A stretch of DNA of 64,000 nucleotides. Origin: Octopus sinensis (Eukaryota). The DNA lies in NCBI RefSeq assembly GCF_006345805.1, contig NW_021837042.1, positions 1-64,000 on the forward strand. The letters are read 5' to 3'. This document shows, in pieces, positions 36,709 to 50,205 of this stretch. The notes beneath the pieces are model-generated. The model did not search any database, was not told the DNA's origin, and saw only the letters and a program-made list of their open reading frames with translations. The stretch's first letter is position 1. The number at the start of each line of letters is the position of its first letter. Both the position numbers and the translations under genes were made by a program.

Positions 36709-37094
36709 ATTTACCCCATTACTTGACTGGTATTTATCTCATCTTCCTCGAAACAATGAAAGGCAAATTTGACTTCGGTGGAATTTGAACTAAGAACGTA
36801 AAGAACCGAACGAAATGCCGCTAAGCGTTTTGTCCGGCGTGCCAACGATTCAATCAGCTCACCATCTTAGCTACAAATCTAATATCAAAAGTGCGCCTTA
36901 AAGAACATCGGATATTTTTTAATAAGATAAAACCGCATCAAATCTAGATTTATCACGCCCACGGTGAAAGAGCTTACTGGAGTTCTTGTCACAAAGAAAG
37001 ATTTTTATCATCTACAATACTGCAACAGAGAATAATGTATGAATGTTTCTATAAATACGGTTTTTAAACGTCCGCAACGCTTAGTTGAACGACC

Positions 37095-37136
<42 letters not shown>

Positions 37137-37226
37137 TGTCAGCAGTAGGAGCAGCTGCGCGAGAAGCAGCAGCTAAGATTTCATTTCCATGTTTGTTCAG
37201 CTATGAATATATTTAGTCAGAGTAAA

Positions 37227-37615
37227 GTGGCAAGGTGGCAGAATGGTTAGCACGCCGGGCGAAATGCCTAGCGGTATTTCGTCTGCCGTTGCGTTCTGAG
37301 TTCAAATTCCGCCATGGTCGACTTTGCCTTTCATCCTTTCGGGGTCGATTAAATAAGTACCAGTTACACACTGGGGTCGATATAATCGACTTAATCCGTT
37401 TGTCTGTCCTTGTTTGTCCCGTCTGTGTTTAACCCCTTGTGGGTAGTAAAGAAATAGGTATTTCGTCTGCCGCTACGTTCTGAGTTTAAATTCCACTGAG
37501 GTCGACTTTGCCTTTCATCCTTTCGGGGTCGATAAATTAAGTACCAGTTACGTACTGCCAACTTGCCCCCTCCTTCAAAATTGCTGACCTTGTGCCAATG
37601 TTTGAAACCAATATT
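37227..37615 (+). mobile_element. SINE-B dimer
   Basis: Junction near 37456; ends in tail 2. Confidence 0.9.
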
Positions 37616-37627
37616 GATTAGTCAGAG

Positions 37628-37931
37628 ATGTTTGTTCCTTCCCGAGACACGCCAGGCTCATAAGGGCCGGTTTCTCGGTTTCCTTGGCGTATAGGTTCCT
37701 CACCTGGACGGGACGCCGGTCCGTCGCAAGTGAGCTTCAAGATGCAGGAGGAAAGAGTGAGGGAAAGTTGTAGCGAAAGAGTCAGCAGAAGTTTCGCCAT
37801 TACCTTCTGCCGGAGCCGCGTGGAGCTTAGGTGTTTCACTCATAAAGACACACATCGCCCGGTCTGAGACTCGAACCTGCGATCCCTCGACCGCGGTCCG
37901 CTGCTCTAACCACTAGGCCATGTGCGTCCAC
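37628..37931 (-). mobile_element. SINE-D, full length
   Basis: tRNA-like head; tail gcgacggaccggcgtcccgtcc..atgagcctggc shared with SINE-C tail 1. Confidence 0.85.
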
Positions 37932-38164
37932 TAATCAGATATGAAAGCAGAACAATTACAGCATGGAAGACACATGTTAGCCATTAAAACACACACGGAA
38001 ACTGTTCACTTCACTTGAACCTTTATTGCTTGGTGTTAAAATTTTCGTTGCACCAATGACGACCTGATCACTGACATGGTTTCAGTGCATCTGGTTTGGG
38101 GTGGGGCTGTTGGTCAGCATATATATATTTCCGTGTTATAAATATAATTTTTCTTATTTATATA

Positions 38165-38410
38165 GGTCATTCGTTCAGGTTATGTCGTCATAGCTGGTTA
38201 GTTAATCCAAACATGAACAAAGAGAAAACACAACAACGAGAGGACGTGGAACAAATATAGTATTATTGGACGCTCAGGAAAGAAAAGAAAGAAGGAGGAT
38301 TTAACGTTTTGAGCGGAGCTCTTCGTCAGAAACATAGAAAAAGGAAAGGTCCAAGGAAGGGAAGACGGAGGAAAAAATCGCCAACGATACACACGCGGTC
38401 ACATATTGAA
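38165..38410 (-). mobile_element. PLE-like terminus (family F3) with hammerhead motif at 38299-38333
   Basis: gttt-CTGACGA-a-gagc(tcc)gctc-AAA-AC-GT-T-aaat (G12 replaced by A); downstream cctgagcg..taatac motif shared with F2. Confidence 0.6.
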
Positions 38411-38879
38411 AAAAAAAGTGGTTAGGTAACTTGGCATTTGACTGTATTTCACATACCATGTCTTCTTCCTTTCTCTTTTTCTGTAGTTTCAACGCACGGC
38501 CTCAGATCAAGTCACTCACCTGACAATTCCACCTCCGAAATGGAAAGAGGCTGTATACAATGTATACAGATTATAATTTATTCTCCATTTTATTCCTATA
38601 AATAACATCCACGCTCCTAGAACCTTTATTAGATTTATGCTAATGCACAACATTAAATTTCACTTTCCACATAATCACATTTTCCTTGAAATGCTCGCTA
38701 CTCCATAACCTCCATTTTCTTTTTTCGCCTGAACTTTCCCGCGTCATTTCTTGTCTCTTTCAAAAGAGAGGGATATTTTCACGACGCATTATTTATCTCT
38801 GCTTAGAAGCGGATGTAGTGTGAGACCACAAAATGGCTGCGATAGTTACCATAAGCTCACGGTAACCGTCGCAGTATTC

Positions 38880-39025
38880 TGTACTCAATTCCAGCAGACC
38901 ACCAGCGCCCGACCCACGAAAGAGCCTTCAGCACACATCGAACTGATTGGCCACAGTTGGACACACCCTACCCCATCTTCTACCATGTGAAGCACTTGGT
39001 CATCGTCGACAACGACAGACGAACT
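38880..39025 (+). mobile_element. RTE-clade LINE 3' remnant
   Basis: SAHIELIGHSWTH* resembles the RTE AHIGLxxHxRTH end; 3'UTR ggtcatcgtcgacaacgacagacgaac. Confidence 0.65.
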
Positions 39026-39344
39026 AATCTCATTCTGTGCTCCACTTCTCTTGCTTTATCAATCGGGTCATTCACTTTTAAGCGGAGATAAATGCTACCT
39101 CTTGGCATTAATACTGATTCTGCGGCTATTAATTATTTTCACGACGTTTCATCGCACCAAGCCAATCATCTTCAAATGCTCTAGTTGTAGGTTGTCATGC
39201 TTTTATCTTGCGTTCAACTATCACAACTGTTTCGTTTTCCTTGAGACCCAGGGTTGACAAGACCGTTTATCCGATTTCTGTGGTGTATAAGTTACCGGGA
39301 TCACAACATCCCCTCTTTGAACGGGACGTCGGTCTGCTGCAGAG

Positions 39345-39545
39345 TCCAAGGCCTGCAGTTTTGAGGGGAGAGAATAAGTGAATCACAAATGAATCACAAC
39401 GATCCTAATAATTGACTGGCGTTTTTTAGTTTTTCGACCCTGAAGGTGTGAAAGACAAAACTGACATCGGCGGCATTTGAACTCAGAACGTAAAGAGTCA
39501 GAAGAAATGCTGCGAAGTATTTTGTCCGACGACTTAATGATACTG
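39345..39545 (-). mobile_element. SINE-B, diverged
   Basis: tcgaccctgaagg..gaactcagaacgtaa. Confidence 0.7.
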
Positions 39546-40016
39546 TCCCTTCGCGATCATTACCACAACTACGAATAAAGCGAAATTCAAACACCATGTC
39601 ACTCAAGACTTTACCGGTACCTCAGCAAATCCCATCTGTTGGATTGTAGGAAAATATAGCTGGCAAAGTGCGACATCCTCCATCCAGACGCTTTCGTGAG
39701 CATTTCTGATTCCCGCCACGACAATTAGCCCCTCTACAAACAGTTGGCCGTCTGTTTCAGTTCATGAAGCCACTCGATCGATCACCAATGGTTGTCTGGT
39801 GCTGCCGCACACCACAGATTATCGCACTGTCTATTAACATAAGTTGTCACTTAACTTTCCTTACGCTTGGCGAGGTTTCTTTACAAAGCATAAACGAGTA
39901 GTTTACTTTTCCTAATTCGCCTTTCCTTTTCGTGATTTTTACACCTTTTCACATCCTCGTGCGTATTAATGTGCCTATGCTCATTCGCTCACATACACAC
40001 AAGCACATATATTCCT

Positions 40017-40057
<41 letters not shown>

Positions 40058-40297
40058 TTAACGAACTAACTAATTTACTAACTTACTAAAGCCCTTTTGC
40101 TCCCTATGGAGCATAGGTCATCGACGACTTTCTTCATGATCCTTCACCCGATTTTCTGCTTTGCTCCAGTTGGCCCTGCAAAAAGGTATTTCTCTTCTAG
40201 GTCTCGCTAGTTTTGAATAATCATCAATGCTTCTGTAACTTGGCTTTTTTCTTACGTTGGTCCTATACAAACCCAATTTGACCTCTGGCAAGAAGTA

Positions 40298-40459
40298 CCA
40301 TATTTTAACGTGTAAAAGGAACCCCCTAATTTTGGGGGTTTCAAATTTGGAAAAAAGGTTTTGTAAAGGATTATAATACTATCCATGTATAAGAAAGTCC
40401 CATATTTTTTTAATCTAATTTTTGGCAAAAATGGGTTCCTTATACACGTTAAAATGCAG
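40298..40459. mobile_element. pogo/Tc2-type MITE
   Basis: TA+ccatattttaacgtgtaaaaggaaccc ... gggttccttatacacgttaaaatgcag+TA. Confidence 0.75.
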
Positions 40460-40776
40460 TAGTTCATAGTAGTCTGGTCTATATCCTTGGACTTGTCCAG
40501 CATGAAACGCTCAGCCGAACCCACACCCCACCCGTGCTTCCCCACTCTCACACCACACCACACTACACCATACAACATTACACACCATCCACATACCAGC
40601 ACTGACCAATTTCCATCCCCACATTTTCACGCACACGTCCAGACCACCAGCTCCCTTTCACACGCACATGCATACTCTCTTATACACACACGCACCTTCG
40701 TGCTGGAGGTCATCTTTACTTTGTTATTTCCCCTACTTCTTCGCTCTCCAGTGTGACCCTTCTGTCCGGCAGTCGC

Positions 40777-41139
40777 CATGATAGATCGTTAGCCACTACA
40801 CACATTTTTTTCTCTCCGTGTTTCTCTCCTTATTTTTTTTTCTGTGTCCCTTTCTGTAGAAGAGCGTAGGCTCGAAACGTAAAAGACTTTTTCTATTCCT
40901 GAGCGTTATACTAATACATCTGTTTGTTTTGTACACCACCTCTCTTCGTCTTTTGTTTTTTTTCGTGAACTGTCCCCCACCCTATATATATATATAGTTG
41001 AAATTTATAGAAAAACAAAAGACGAAGACATATGTATGATCAACAAACAAGTGTTGTAGTTTGACGCCCGGGGAAATGAAAAAGTCTTTTACATTTTGAG
41101 TCTACACTCTTCAACAGAAGGGAATATGAGGAAATAAAG

Positions 41140-41150
<11 letters not shown>
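40777..41150. mobile_element. Tail-to-tail pair of PLE-like termini (family F2) meeting in (TA)n
   Basis: Plus copy 40777-40982 and minus copy 40997-41150, with hammerhead-like motifs at 40850-40885 (+) and 41085-41120 (-). Confidence 0.7.
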
Positions 41151-41174
<24 letters not shown>

Positions 41175-41221
41175 AAACAGAGAGAAAGACTTGTAAATTT
41201 CAGCGCTCCAGCATGGCGAAG

Positions 41222-41254
<33 letters not shown>

Positions 41255-41557
41255 ATATATGGCAGAAAAGGTGAAGATAACTGTGGTTAAATTATCGTTG
41301 ATGATGCTAGTGATTCTTGTTAAGGTGTGGTGTTAAAAGTGATGAACGTAACGCTGAGGTGTGAGTGTATGTGTGTGTGTGAGTGGATGAGGGTTGCTGG
41401 TGATAGTGGTAGTGATTGTGATGGTGGTGGTAGTGGTATTATTACCGATAGTGATGACTGATAACAGGTTTTATTAAAAATAACGTTCTCTCCCTTTAAT
41501 GAAAGTCATTACTCGAAACGTCAATATTCTCATCTTCACTTGACATTAAAAACTTAC

Positions 41558-41626
41558 ACCTTGCGATCATTAGATATTTTCCTGCGCAGCAACTGTTCTA
41601 CGCTAGTTTTAACCATCACCATTTGT
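41558..41626 (-). CDS. Candidate host exon (69 bp, phase 2-2)
   Basis: Donor GTAAGT, acceptor tttaaTAG; open frame QMVMVKTSVEQLLRRKISNDRK; phase-compatible with 46825-46909. Confidence 0.25.
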
Positions 41627-41777
41627 CTATTAAACATCCATATGTTATCAGCTAAGCGAACTATAACATTTAGTAACTTAAAACTGTTCATGAATTGTTA
41701 ATCATTATTCTTTCTGACATAAACCATTTCACAAAAATAATCATAAGGAAGATTAAAAACGAAATTTTTCTTAAAAA

Positions 41778-41852
<75 letters not shown>

Positions 41853-41889
41853 TATTATTATTATTATTATTATATTATTATTATTATTA

Positions 41890-42105
41890 TTTCAAATTTT
41901 TGCCACAAAGGCAGTTTGAGGGAGGCAGGGATGAGTCGATTACTTCGACTCCAGTGCGTAACTGGTACTTATTTAATCGACCCCGACCCCGAAAGGATGA
42001 AAGGCAAAATCGACCTCGGCGGAATTTAAGCTCAGAATGTAGCGGCAGACGAAATACAGTTACGCATTTCGCCCGGCGTGTTAACGATTCTGCCAGCTCG
42101 CCGCT
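41890..42105 (-). mobile_element. SINE-B (tail 2) in (AAT)n
   Basis: Head and body on the minus strand, flanked by trinucleotide tracts. Confidence 0.85.
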
Positions 42106-42137
42106 TTAATAATAATAATAATGATAATAACAATAAC

Positions 42138-42185
<48 letters not shown>

Positions 42186-42269
42186 TAATAATAATATAAT
42201 AATATAATAATAATAATAATAAATAATAATAATAATATAATAATAATAATAACAATAATAATAATAATA

Positions 42270-44180
42270 ATTAACAAAGTAGCACCAACAATCATAAAAT
42301 TCATAGAGCACTCTATGAATAAATGGCAAACAGTCCTACACCTCCAAACAAAAGAGGGACTCATGAAAACCAAAGACATCCCCATTAGAAGTGGAATATT
42401 CCAGGGAGACACGCTCTCTCCACTCCTCTTCTGCTTGGCACTGTCACCTCTATCTGATATGCTAAATAGAACTGGATGCGGATATAAATGTTACGGCAAA
42501 ACGATCAGCCACCTTTTATATATGGATGACCTAAAACTATACGCTGCAAATGACAAACAGCTGGAAACACTATTAAAGACAGTTCATGGATTTACCAAAG
42601 AAATAGATATGAAATTTGGATTAGAAAAATGCGCCAAAGTAACCATGAAAAGAGGAAAACTAGTTAAGAGTAACAACATCACACTAGATAAAACCAATGA
42701 AATAAAAGAATTAGACCAAAGCCAAACTTACAAATACTTAGGAATCCATGAACTAGATAAGACACAACACACACAAATGAAAGAGAAAATAAAAAAAGAA
42801 TATTATAGACGAGTTAGATCAATACTAAACACAGAGCTCAATGCTAAAAACAAGATAATAGGTATCAACACTTTAGCTGTCCCAGTTATAAGTTACAGCT
42901 ACAATATCCTTAACTGGACACGAAATGAACTGACCAAAATAGATAGGAAAACAAGAAAAATAATGACAGGATCTAGGATGCATCACCCAAAATCTGACAT
43001 AGAAAGACTATATATACAACGTATAGAAGGTGGTAGAGGCCTTATACAGCTGGAAAACTACTATAAAATAACCACCATAGGACTGCAAAAATATCTACTT
43101 CAGAAGGAAGGAAAACTGGTCCAGATAGCGGCAAAACACGAGCAAAACAAAAAACTGTTCTCAGTATTTAAGGAAGCTGACAAATACAAACAAGAAATCA
43201 TACCACCTAATAAACATGAAGAAGAAGAAGAAGATGAAGAACAAACAAAAGCTATAAAACAAATGAAATCCAAACTAAAAATAGAACAGCAACGAACCAT
43301 GATAAAACGATGGCAAGAAAAGCCCCTTCATGGTAAATACTGGACTAAACTAAACGCAAAAGAAATAGACAAAGAAAAATCCCAGCAATGGTTGAGAAGC
43401 TCAGGACTCAAAGCAGAAACAGAGGGATTTTTAATTGCAGCACAAGACCAAAGCCTCCCCACCAGAAATTACCAAAAACATGTAATGAAAAGAAATATTA
43501 CAAGTAACTGCAGAATATGTGGAAATGGACAAGAAACAATAAATCATATTATCTCTAGCTGCCCAGTCCTGGCTAAGAAGGAATATATTCACAGACATGA
43601 CAGAGTTGGAACCTACATACATTGGAAGCTATGCCAACATTATGGAATAACAACAGAAAAAAGATGGTATAGGCACACACCAAAAAAGGTCACTGAAAAC
43701 GAGAAAGCAACCATACTCTGGGATATGCCGATACACACAGATAGAGAAATTAAGGCCAACAGACCAGATATAGTTGTCAGAGATCATGAAGAAAAGAAAT
43801 GCTTTCTAATTGATGTATCAATACCGGCTGATGACAACGTGTCTCTAAAAGAAATGGAGAAACTCTCAAAATACAAAGACCTGGAAATAGAGGTAACTAG
43901 AATGTGGAATCTGAAAACAGAAACAATTCCTATCATAGTAGGTGCATTAGGCATGATGAAAAAATATTCAGACAAATACATAACAAAAACACCAGGACTT
44001 ACAAACACATATAACATACAGAAAATTGCACTACTAGGCACTGCACACATCCTACGCAGAACACTTTCCATACAATAACCATCAGAGCATCACAACAAAT
44101 CACAGCACATACCCAAGGCACACAGAGCTGCGCTCGGTAGTGAAGTGAAAGCACGCTATAAAAATAAAGCTACTGAATAA
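42270..44180 (+). mobile_element. Dong/R4-clade non-LTR retrotransposon, 5'-truncated, in (TAA)n
   Basis: RT plus REL ORF, ~100-nt 3'UTR, (AAT)n on both flanks (42105-42270 and 44177-44262). Confidence 0.9.
42315..44078 (+). CDS. Reverse transcriptase (C-terminal part) + CCHC finger + restriction-like endonuclease
   Basis: GIFQGDTLSPLLF, LLYMDDLKLY, FGLEKC, YKYLG, CRIC..ETINHIISSC, RHD, RPDIVV..IDVSIP, KLSKYKDL; no stops in 587 aa. Confidence 0.92.
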   Translation: MNKWQTVLHLQTKEGLMKTKDIPIRSGIFQGDTLSPLLFCLALSPLSDMLNRTGCGYKCYGKTISHLLYMDDLKLYAANDKQLETLLKTVHGFTKEIDMKFGLEKCAKVTMKRGKLVKSNNITLDKTNEIKELDQSQTYKYLGIHELDKTQHTQMKEKIKKEYYRRVRSILNTELNAKNKIIGINTLAVPVISYSYNILNWTRNELTKIDRKTRKIMTGSRMHHPKSDIERLYIQRIEGGRGLIQLENYYKITTIGLQKYLLQKEGKLVQIAAKHEQNKKLFSVFKEADKYKQEIIPPNKHEEEEEDEEQTKAIKQMKSKLKIEQQRTMIKRWQEKPLHGKYWTKLNAKEIDKEKSQQWLRSSGLKAETEGFLIAAQDQSLPTRNYQKHVMKRNITSNCRICGNGQETINHIISSCPVLAKKEYIHRHDRVGTYIHWKLCQHYGITTEKRWYRHTPKKVTENEKATILWDMPIHTDREIKANRPDIVVRDHEEKKCFLIDVSIPADDNVSLKEMEKLSKYKDLEIEVTRMWNLKTETIPIIVGALGMMKKYSDKYITKTPGLTNTYNIQKIALLGTAHILRRTLSIQ

Positions 44181-44205
44181 TAATAATAATAATAATAATA
44201 ATTAC

Positions 44206-44254
<49 letters not shown>

Positions 44255-44261
44255 GTAATAA

Positions 44262-44380
44262 TAATCTTTTCTAGTAGGCCTGAAATTTGGGGGAGGAGGG
44301 CCAGTCGATTAGATCAACTCCAGTACACAACTGGTACTTAATTTATCGACATTGAAAAGATGAAAGGTTACTCGACCCGA
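44262..44380 (-). mobile_element. SINE-B 3' fragment (tail 2)
   Basis: aatcttttctagtaggcctgaaatttggggg..actggtacttaatttatcgac. Confidence 0.8.
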
Positions 44381-45020
44381 ATAAACAATGATACATTTTT
44401 AAAAATGTTATGAATGACGTAATATAATAAATAGTAACAAAATACATAATGGTAGAGTGTATTTCACATGAGTAAAATTAATTTCCATTCAATAGCGGCC
44501 ATCCTTTTTAAAGTTCTGAGCATAAAATACTTTTAAAAGTGTATATCTGAAAATATTTTATGCCAAGAAGTCACCGTGACATCACTGTCTCTAACTGTCT
44601 CAACAGAAAAGATCAAACTCTTTCAGCGGTGAAGAAATCAAAAGAAATGCACCGCTGAGATATGTCGATTATTGTGTAACAAACAGAATTTATCACACAC
44701 AACGTTTTCAAAAATCTTTTGATCTGTTTTTGTCTATAAATTATTGCTATCATTTCCGGTGATTTTATGACTATGCCAAGTTGCCCACCCGTGAGTGTGA
44801 TTGAAGTCACATGACGGTCTAGTCGTGTCTTTTCAGAAAGGGTGGGTTACACTGGGACAGTCTCCTGTGGTCTTCTCCCAGTACACAGGAAGTTCCTAAT
44901 GAACAACTGTTTCCCACCCACTGAACAAGCATTTTTACATCATACCTACAAAAACACGAGTACCCCACTACCACACACTCACACACTCACGTTCGAGTAC
45001 ATACATAACCATGCTGAAGT

Positions 45021-45078
<58 letters not shown>

Positions 45079-45479
45079 GCACGCACACACACACACACGC
45101 ACACACACATACATACATACACACACGCCCACTAATACGCCTTCTTGTTTAATTCCAAGTAACCTCTGCAGGCCTGTCATCAAAGGCGTTCCAGCAGTGA
45201 CCGCCATGACTTTTTTGTGTATCAGCAACTACATCGTCACTGTGTTCATTCCATTTTAAAGATAGCAGAGTAATTTGACGGATATTTGGCTGCTATTTCT
45301 AACGTGTGGCAAGTTCATGTGCGGACTCCATGAGTGGATCACGGCTGCACAAAATGCAAGAACCAAGCACACACTTTGTTTCCCTTTCTCCACCAAATTG
45401 TTTCAAGCTACATTATGGGTTAATACCTCTAGCCTCGTTTATCACGGTGTTTTGGTTTAAAAACAACAGCGAGATACAT

Positions 45480-45600
45480 GAATCAGTGATACACGAATCA
45501 TCACCATACACTTTGTAAATGGAACAAATGGTAGATTCATTGACACCAAATTGACACGGCCTACAGCGGCGAAGCCTCCACCGTCGCATAAGGACGAAAA
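45480..45600 (-). pseudogene. Possible Tigger/pogo HTH remnant
   Basis: With a frameshift reads L.DGGGFAAVGR/QFGVNESTICSIYK, resembling CENP-B/Tigger N-terminal HTH motifs. Confidence 0.4.
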
Positions 45601-45839
45601 CCTCATTGCTCATCAGCAAGCTTGACCTCAACAATTTCCCTCCATCTTTTTCCTAGACACCCTGGAGGTGCTCAGCAAGAGATTCCTCTATAATTAGAAC
45701 ACCCTCTCTTGCCTCCTTCCCTTTTTTAAAAATCGGGATTACCACCCAGAAGTGCCATTGCTTTGGTATCTGACAGACACGAGTCAGCAGTACGTTATTG
45801 GGTAGCGGAACTATACTGTATAGTATCTCTTCTTAAGTA

Positions 45840-46030
45840 GAGGCCTGTGGTTCTGGTGATAGAGTGTTGGATTCATGATCGTAAGATTATGGTTTCGATT
45901 CCTGGACCGGATGATGCGTTGTGTTGTTGGGCAAAATACTTCATTTCACGTTTCTCCCGACCGGTCATTCATTCAGCTGTCAAAAATAAGTATTCCTGCG
46001 ATGGGCCGGCGTCCCATCCAGCGGGGAGCA
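45840..46030 (+). mobile_element. SINE-C (tail 1)
   Basis: Head gattcatgatcgtaagattatggtttcgattcctggacc; tail ctgcgatgggccggcgtcccatcc. Confidence 0.8.
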
Positions 46031-46144
46031 GATTCGACCCTACGTGTGTATACGACTCGGGTGGAAGCTTTATCCATTAACCTTTATAACTTCTAAAGCA
46101 ATACAAGCTGGCGCTGCGATGTATAAAGAAACATGCTGGACATA

Positions 46145-46502
46145 TTAGTAATTTTGAGGGAGGAGGCCAGTCGATTAAATCGACCCCAGTACGCAACTGG
46201 TACTTAATTTATCGAACCCGAAAGGATGACTGGCAATTTGAACTCAGAACGTAAAGTCAGACGAAATACCTATTTCTTTACTACCCACAAGGGGCTAAAC
46301 ACAAAGAGGACAAACAAGGACAGACAAACGGATTAAGGCGATTATATCGACCCCCAGTGCGTAACTGGTACTGAATTTATCGACCCCGAAAGGATGAAAG
46401 GCAAAGTTGACCTCGGCAGAATTTGAACTCAGAACGTAGCGGCAGACGAAATACCGCTAAGCATTTCGCCCGGCATGCTAACGCTTCTGCCAGCTGGCCG
46501 CT
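46145..46502 (-). mobile_element. SINE-B dimer
   Basis: Junction cgaaatacc|tatttctttac near 46270; a further diverged copy lies at 46525-46720. Confidence 0.9.
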
Positions 46503-46824
46503 TAATATGCTGGACAAATATAATCCTTTCTGTGATAGGCTCAAAGCCTGAAAGTTTAGAAGAGGACACCAGCCAATTACATAGTCACTACTTATTTCAT
46601 TGACACCGAAAGGGTGAAAGGCAAAATCGAACTCGGCGGCATTTGAACACAGGACGTAAGGATTAACAAAATACCGCTAAGCATTTCGTCCCGCGTGCTA
46701 ATGACTCTCCTAGCATGTCGTCACACCACAGACAAATATAATAAATACTATCATTGGACTAAAAAAAGAGATAACTTGGATCGGTTTCGGTCCTTGGTGG
46801 AACCCTCTTAAAAAAATCATATAC

Positions 46825-46909
46825 TGGCCTTTATCTTTGGAGAAATAAACTCTACGTATATCTATGTAATCACTATAAATAACAACTTCACCAAATCGGT
46901 ATATCTGAT
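46825..46909 (-). CDS. Candidate host exon with Asp-box/VPS10-like motif
   Basis: Acceptor ttatttatgCAG, weak donor GTATAT; single open frame QIYRFGEVVIYSDYIDIRRVYFSKDKG (hydrophobic-S-x-D-x-G). Confidence 0.35.
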
Positions 46910-47342
46910 CTGCATAAATAATGCTTCGCTGACAACTGGGTCAGATATATTAATTATTAATGTACGAAGCGATGTGTCTTAGATAATGGAAATGTGCTCT
47001 AACGTATATCCTGCGTTACATTTCCATTAATACATTTAATCTTGTGTGAAACGGAAAAAAAGATTATCTCTGTCATTCACATTCTGTCACTCTAGTCCTA
47101 CTCACACGCATTTCACATTTGTACACACACATACTTCCTATCCTTCAAAGTTTATGTGTGTGTGTGTGTGTGTGTATGTGTGTGTGTATGTGTGTGTATG
47201 TGTGTGTGTGTGTATATGTGTATGTAAGTGTATGCAAGTATATATATGTAAATATATGTTTATATATGTATGTATATATACGTATACATACATATAGATA
47301 GCTGTATCTATGCATACATTTACAATATATATGTACATATAT

Positions 47343-48251
<909 letters not shown>

Positions 48252-48660
48252 GTGTATGTATTAAAAAACAGCAAAATGATAACAAAAACTGTTACTCAGA
48301 GTTTCACGTTCCCGTTCATCGAGCAGTTTTGTTTAGAATGGAACAAAAATACAGTTATAAGCAAACATACACAATTAGTTTAATAGATACACATTTAAAA
48401 TAGTTTTACTTCATTAGTTCTTTCAACTAACAGTCTTTACAGTGACTGGTTGCATGCTATGAACAAATTTCGGTACAAAATCATCATATTTTAAAATCGA
48501 AGAAAACCTTAAATCAAAAATAGCTTATAGAGAAGGACAGAGTCAAAATACCAAGGGTAAATGATTATCTGTAAAATATTATTTAATTAATACATTAAAA
48601 GTTACGTCTGTTTAAAAAAAAATTCCCGTTGGATTACATACAATATACATATATATATAT

Positions 48661-48887
48661 GTGAGCTGGCAGAAACGTTAGCACGCCGGGCGAAATGCGT
48701 AGCCGTATTTCGTCTGCCGTTACGTTCTGAGTTCAAATTCCGCCGAGGTCGACTTTGCCTTTCATCCTTTCGGGGTCGATAAATAAAGTACCAGTTTCGT
48801 ACTGGGGTCGATGTAATCGACTTAATCCGTTTGTCTGTCCTTGTTTATCCCCTCTGTTTTTATCCCCTTGTGGGTAGTAAAGAAATA
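48661..48887 (+). mobile_element. SINE-B monomer
   Basis: Head (clipped), body and tail 1. Confidence 0.9.
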
Positions 48888-48968
48888 TATATACACTAAA
48901 CATACAAACGAATGTACATCGCTACATAATACATACATACATGCATATATATTAATCTATATTATTCA

Positions 48969-49195
48969 CATAAATACAGTGTACATTTAAACACATAAGA
49001 GGCATCCATCATAGGACTCCTTGCACGCTAGAGAGAACAGTTAAATTCCCAACCACTATTAGGGATAAAATTTCGAAGGGAATGAAAATAAAAACATTTA
49101 TATAAATAATATATAATCTATTGACTAAATTTTTACACACTAGGCCACTGGTAATGGCAATTTCTAATATTTCTGATTCCCTTTGATATTATTAA
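48969..49195 (+). mobile_element. Single-arm relative of the 336-810 element
   Basis: Left arm joined directly to the tctattgacta..gatattatt flank and (TA)n. Confidence 0.8.
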
Positions 49196-49283
<88 letters not shown>

Positions 49284-49314
49284 GTATACACACCACACAC
49301 ACATACACACATAT

Positions 49315-49598
49315 ATATAATCACAGTTTAGGTTAGTTGAAGTATGTTTATCCCGTATTTCAACTGCTAAAGGCAAATACACTGCAGTTACCGGGGAGAA
49401 AAAATCCTCTCTTATGGTAAAAGGGTGTGAAAACAACCCCGTTCGTTCAGTGTCGCCCTCGTCGCCCTCTCTCGAGAGCGACACACACCTTCTTACCATA
49501 AGAGGGATTTTTTTCTCTACGCTAACTGCAGTGTGTTTGCCTTTAGCAGTTGAAATATGTGACAAACATACTTCAACTAACCTAAACTGTGATTATAT
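49315..49598. mobile_element. Fold-back MITE with ~110-bp arms
   Basis: atataatcacagtttaggttagttgaagtatgtt... / ...aacatacttcaactaacctaaactgtgattatat. Confidence 0.85.
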
Positions 49599-50127
49599 GT
49601 AAACACTGCTTAGCGCATATATCGGTACAGGACATCACCAACAGTAAACAACATGGAATACGAAAACAAATGCGTTAAATACGCAAATAACGAGAGAGAA
49701 AAAACGAGAAATAATACAAAGAATGACCGTTCATCAGTTGTCGGCTGTCTATCTACTCCCCATTTGAGCAATCAACGACAATATGAATCTTGGAAGACAG
49801 TTGCTCCCATAAATATCGAAATAATATTTTGGATTTATGGAGGTTCAAAGTTAGGAACAAAAATAGGACAGTGGAGGCATACAGGGAAACCGAACGGAAG
49901 CAAACATGGAGGGACGTTAGACCTGAACGAGAGGAAAATTAGTGAACGCTGAGAGAAATATTTTCTTTGAAAAGAGAAAAGATAGAAGAGAGAGATAGGA
50001 GACGTTCAGTCCTTAGACGTCCGTGCAGGAAAGAAAGATGGCGACGTGAGGAAAATAAAGATGGACGATGGTTACGCGTGAGCAACGAGAGAAAAAGAGA
50101 AAGATGGGAGAGACAGATAATATATAC

Positions 50128-50158
<31 letters not shown>

Positions 50159-50205
50159 TGTATGTATGTATGTATGTATGTATGTATGTACATATATATA
50201 TATAT

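Noticed and set aside
38520-38550. Wnt-like FRRWNC microexon on the minus strand
   Set aside because: The donor derives from a dispersed repeat motif (cagatcaagtcactc), the acceptor is weak, the match is only 6 residues, and no other Wnt exons were seen.
45575-45622. Hammerhead candidate (CTGATGA on the minus strand)
   Set aside because: GAC instead of GAAA after the stem and no helix I partner.
49725-49800. Hammerhead candidate with ttgtcg/cgacaa helix before CTGATGA
   Set aside because: No correctly placed GAAA or stem II in this copy; may be a PLE remnant but cannot be supported.
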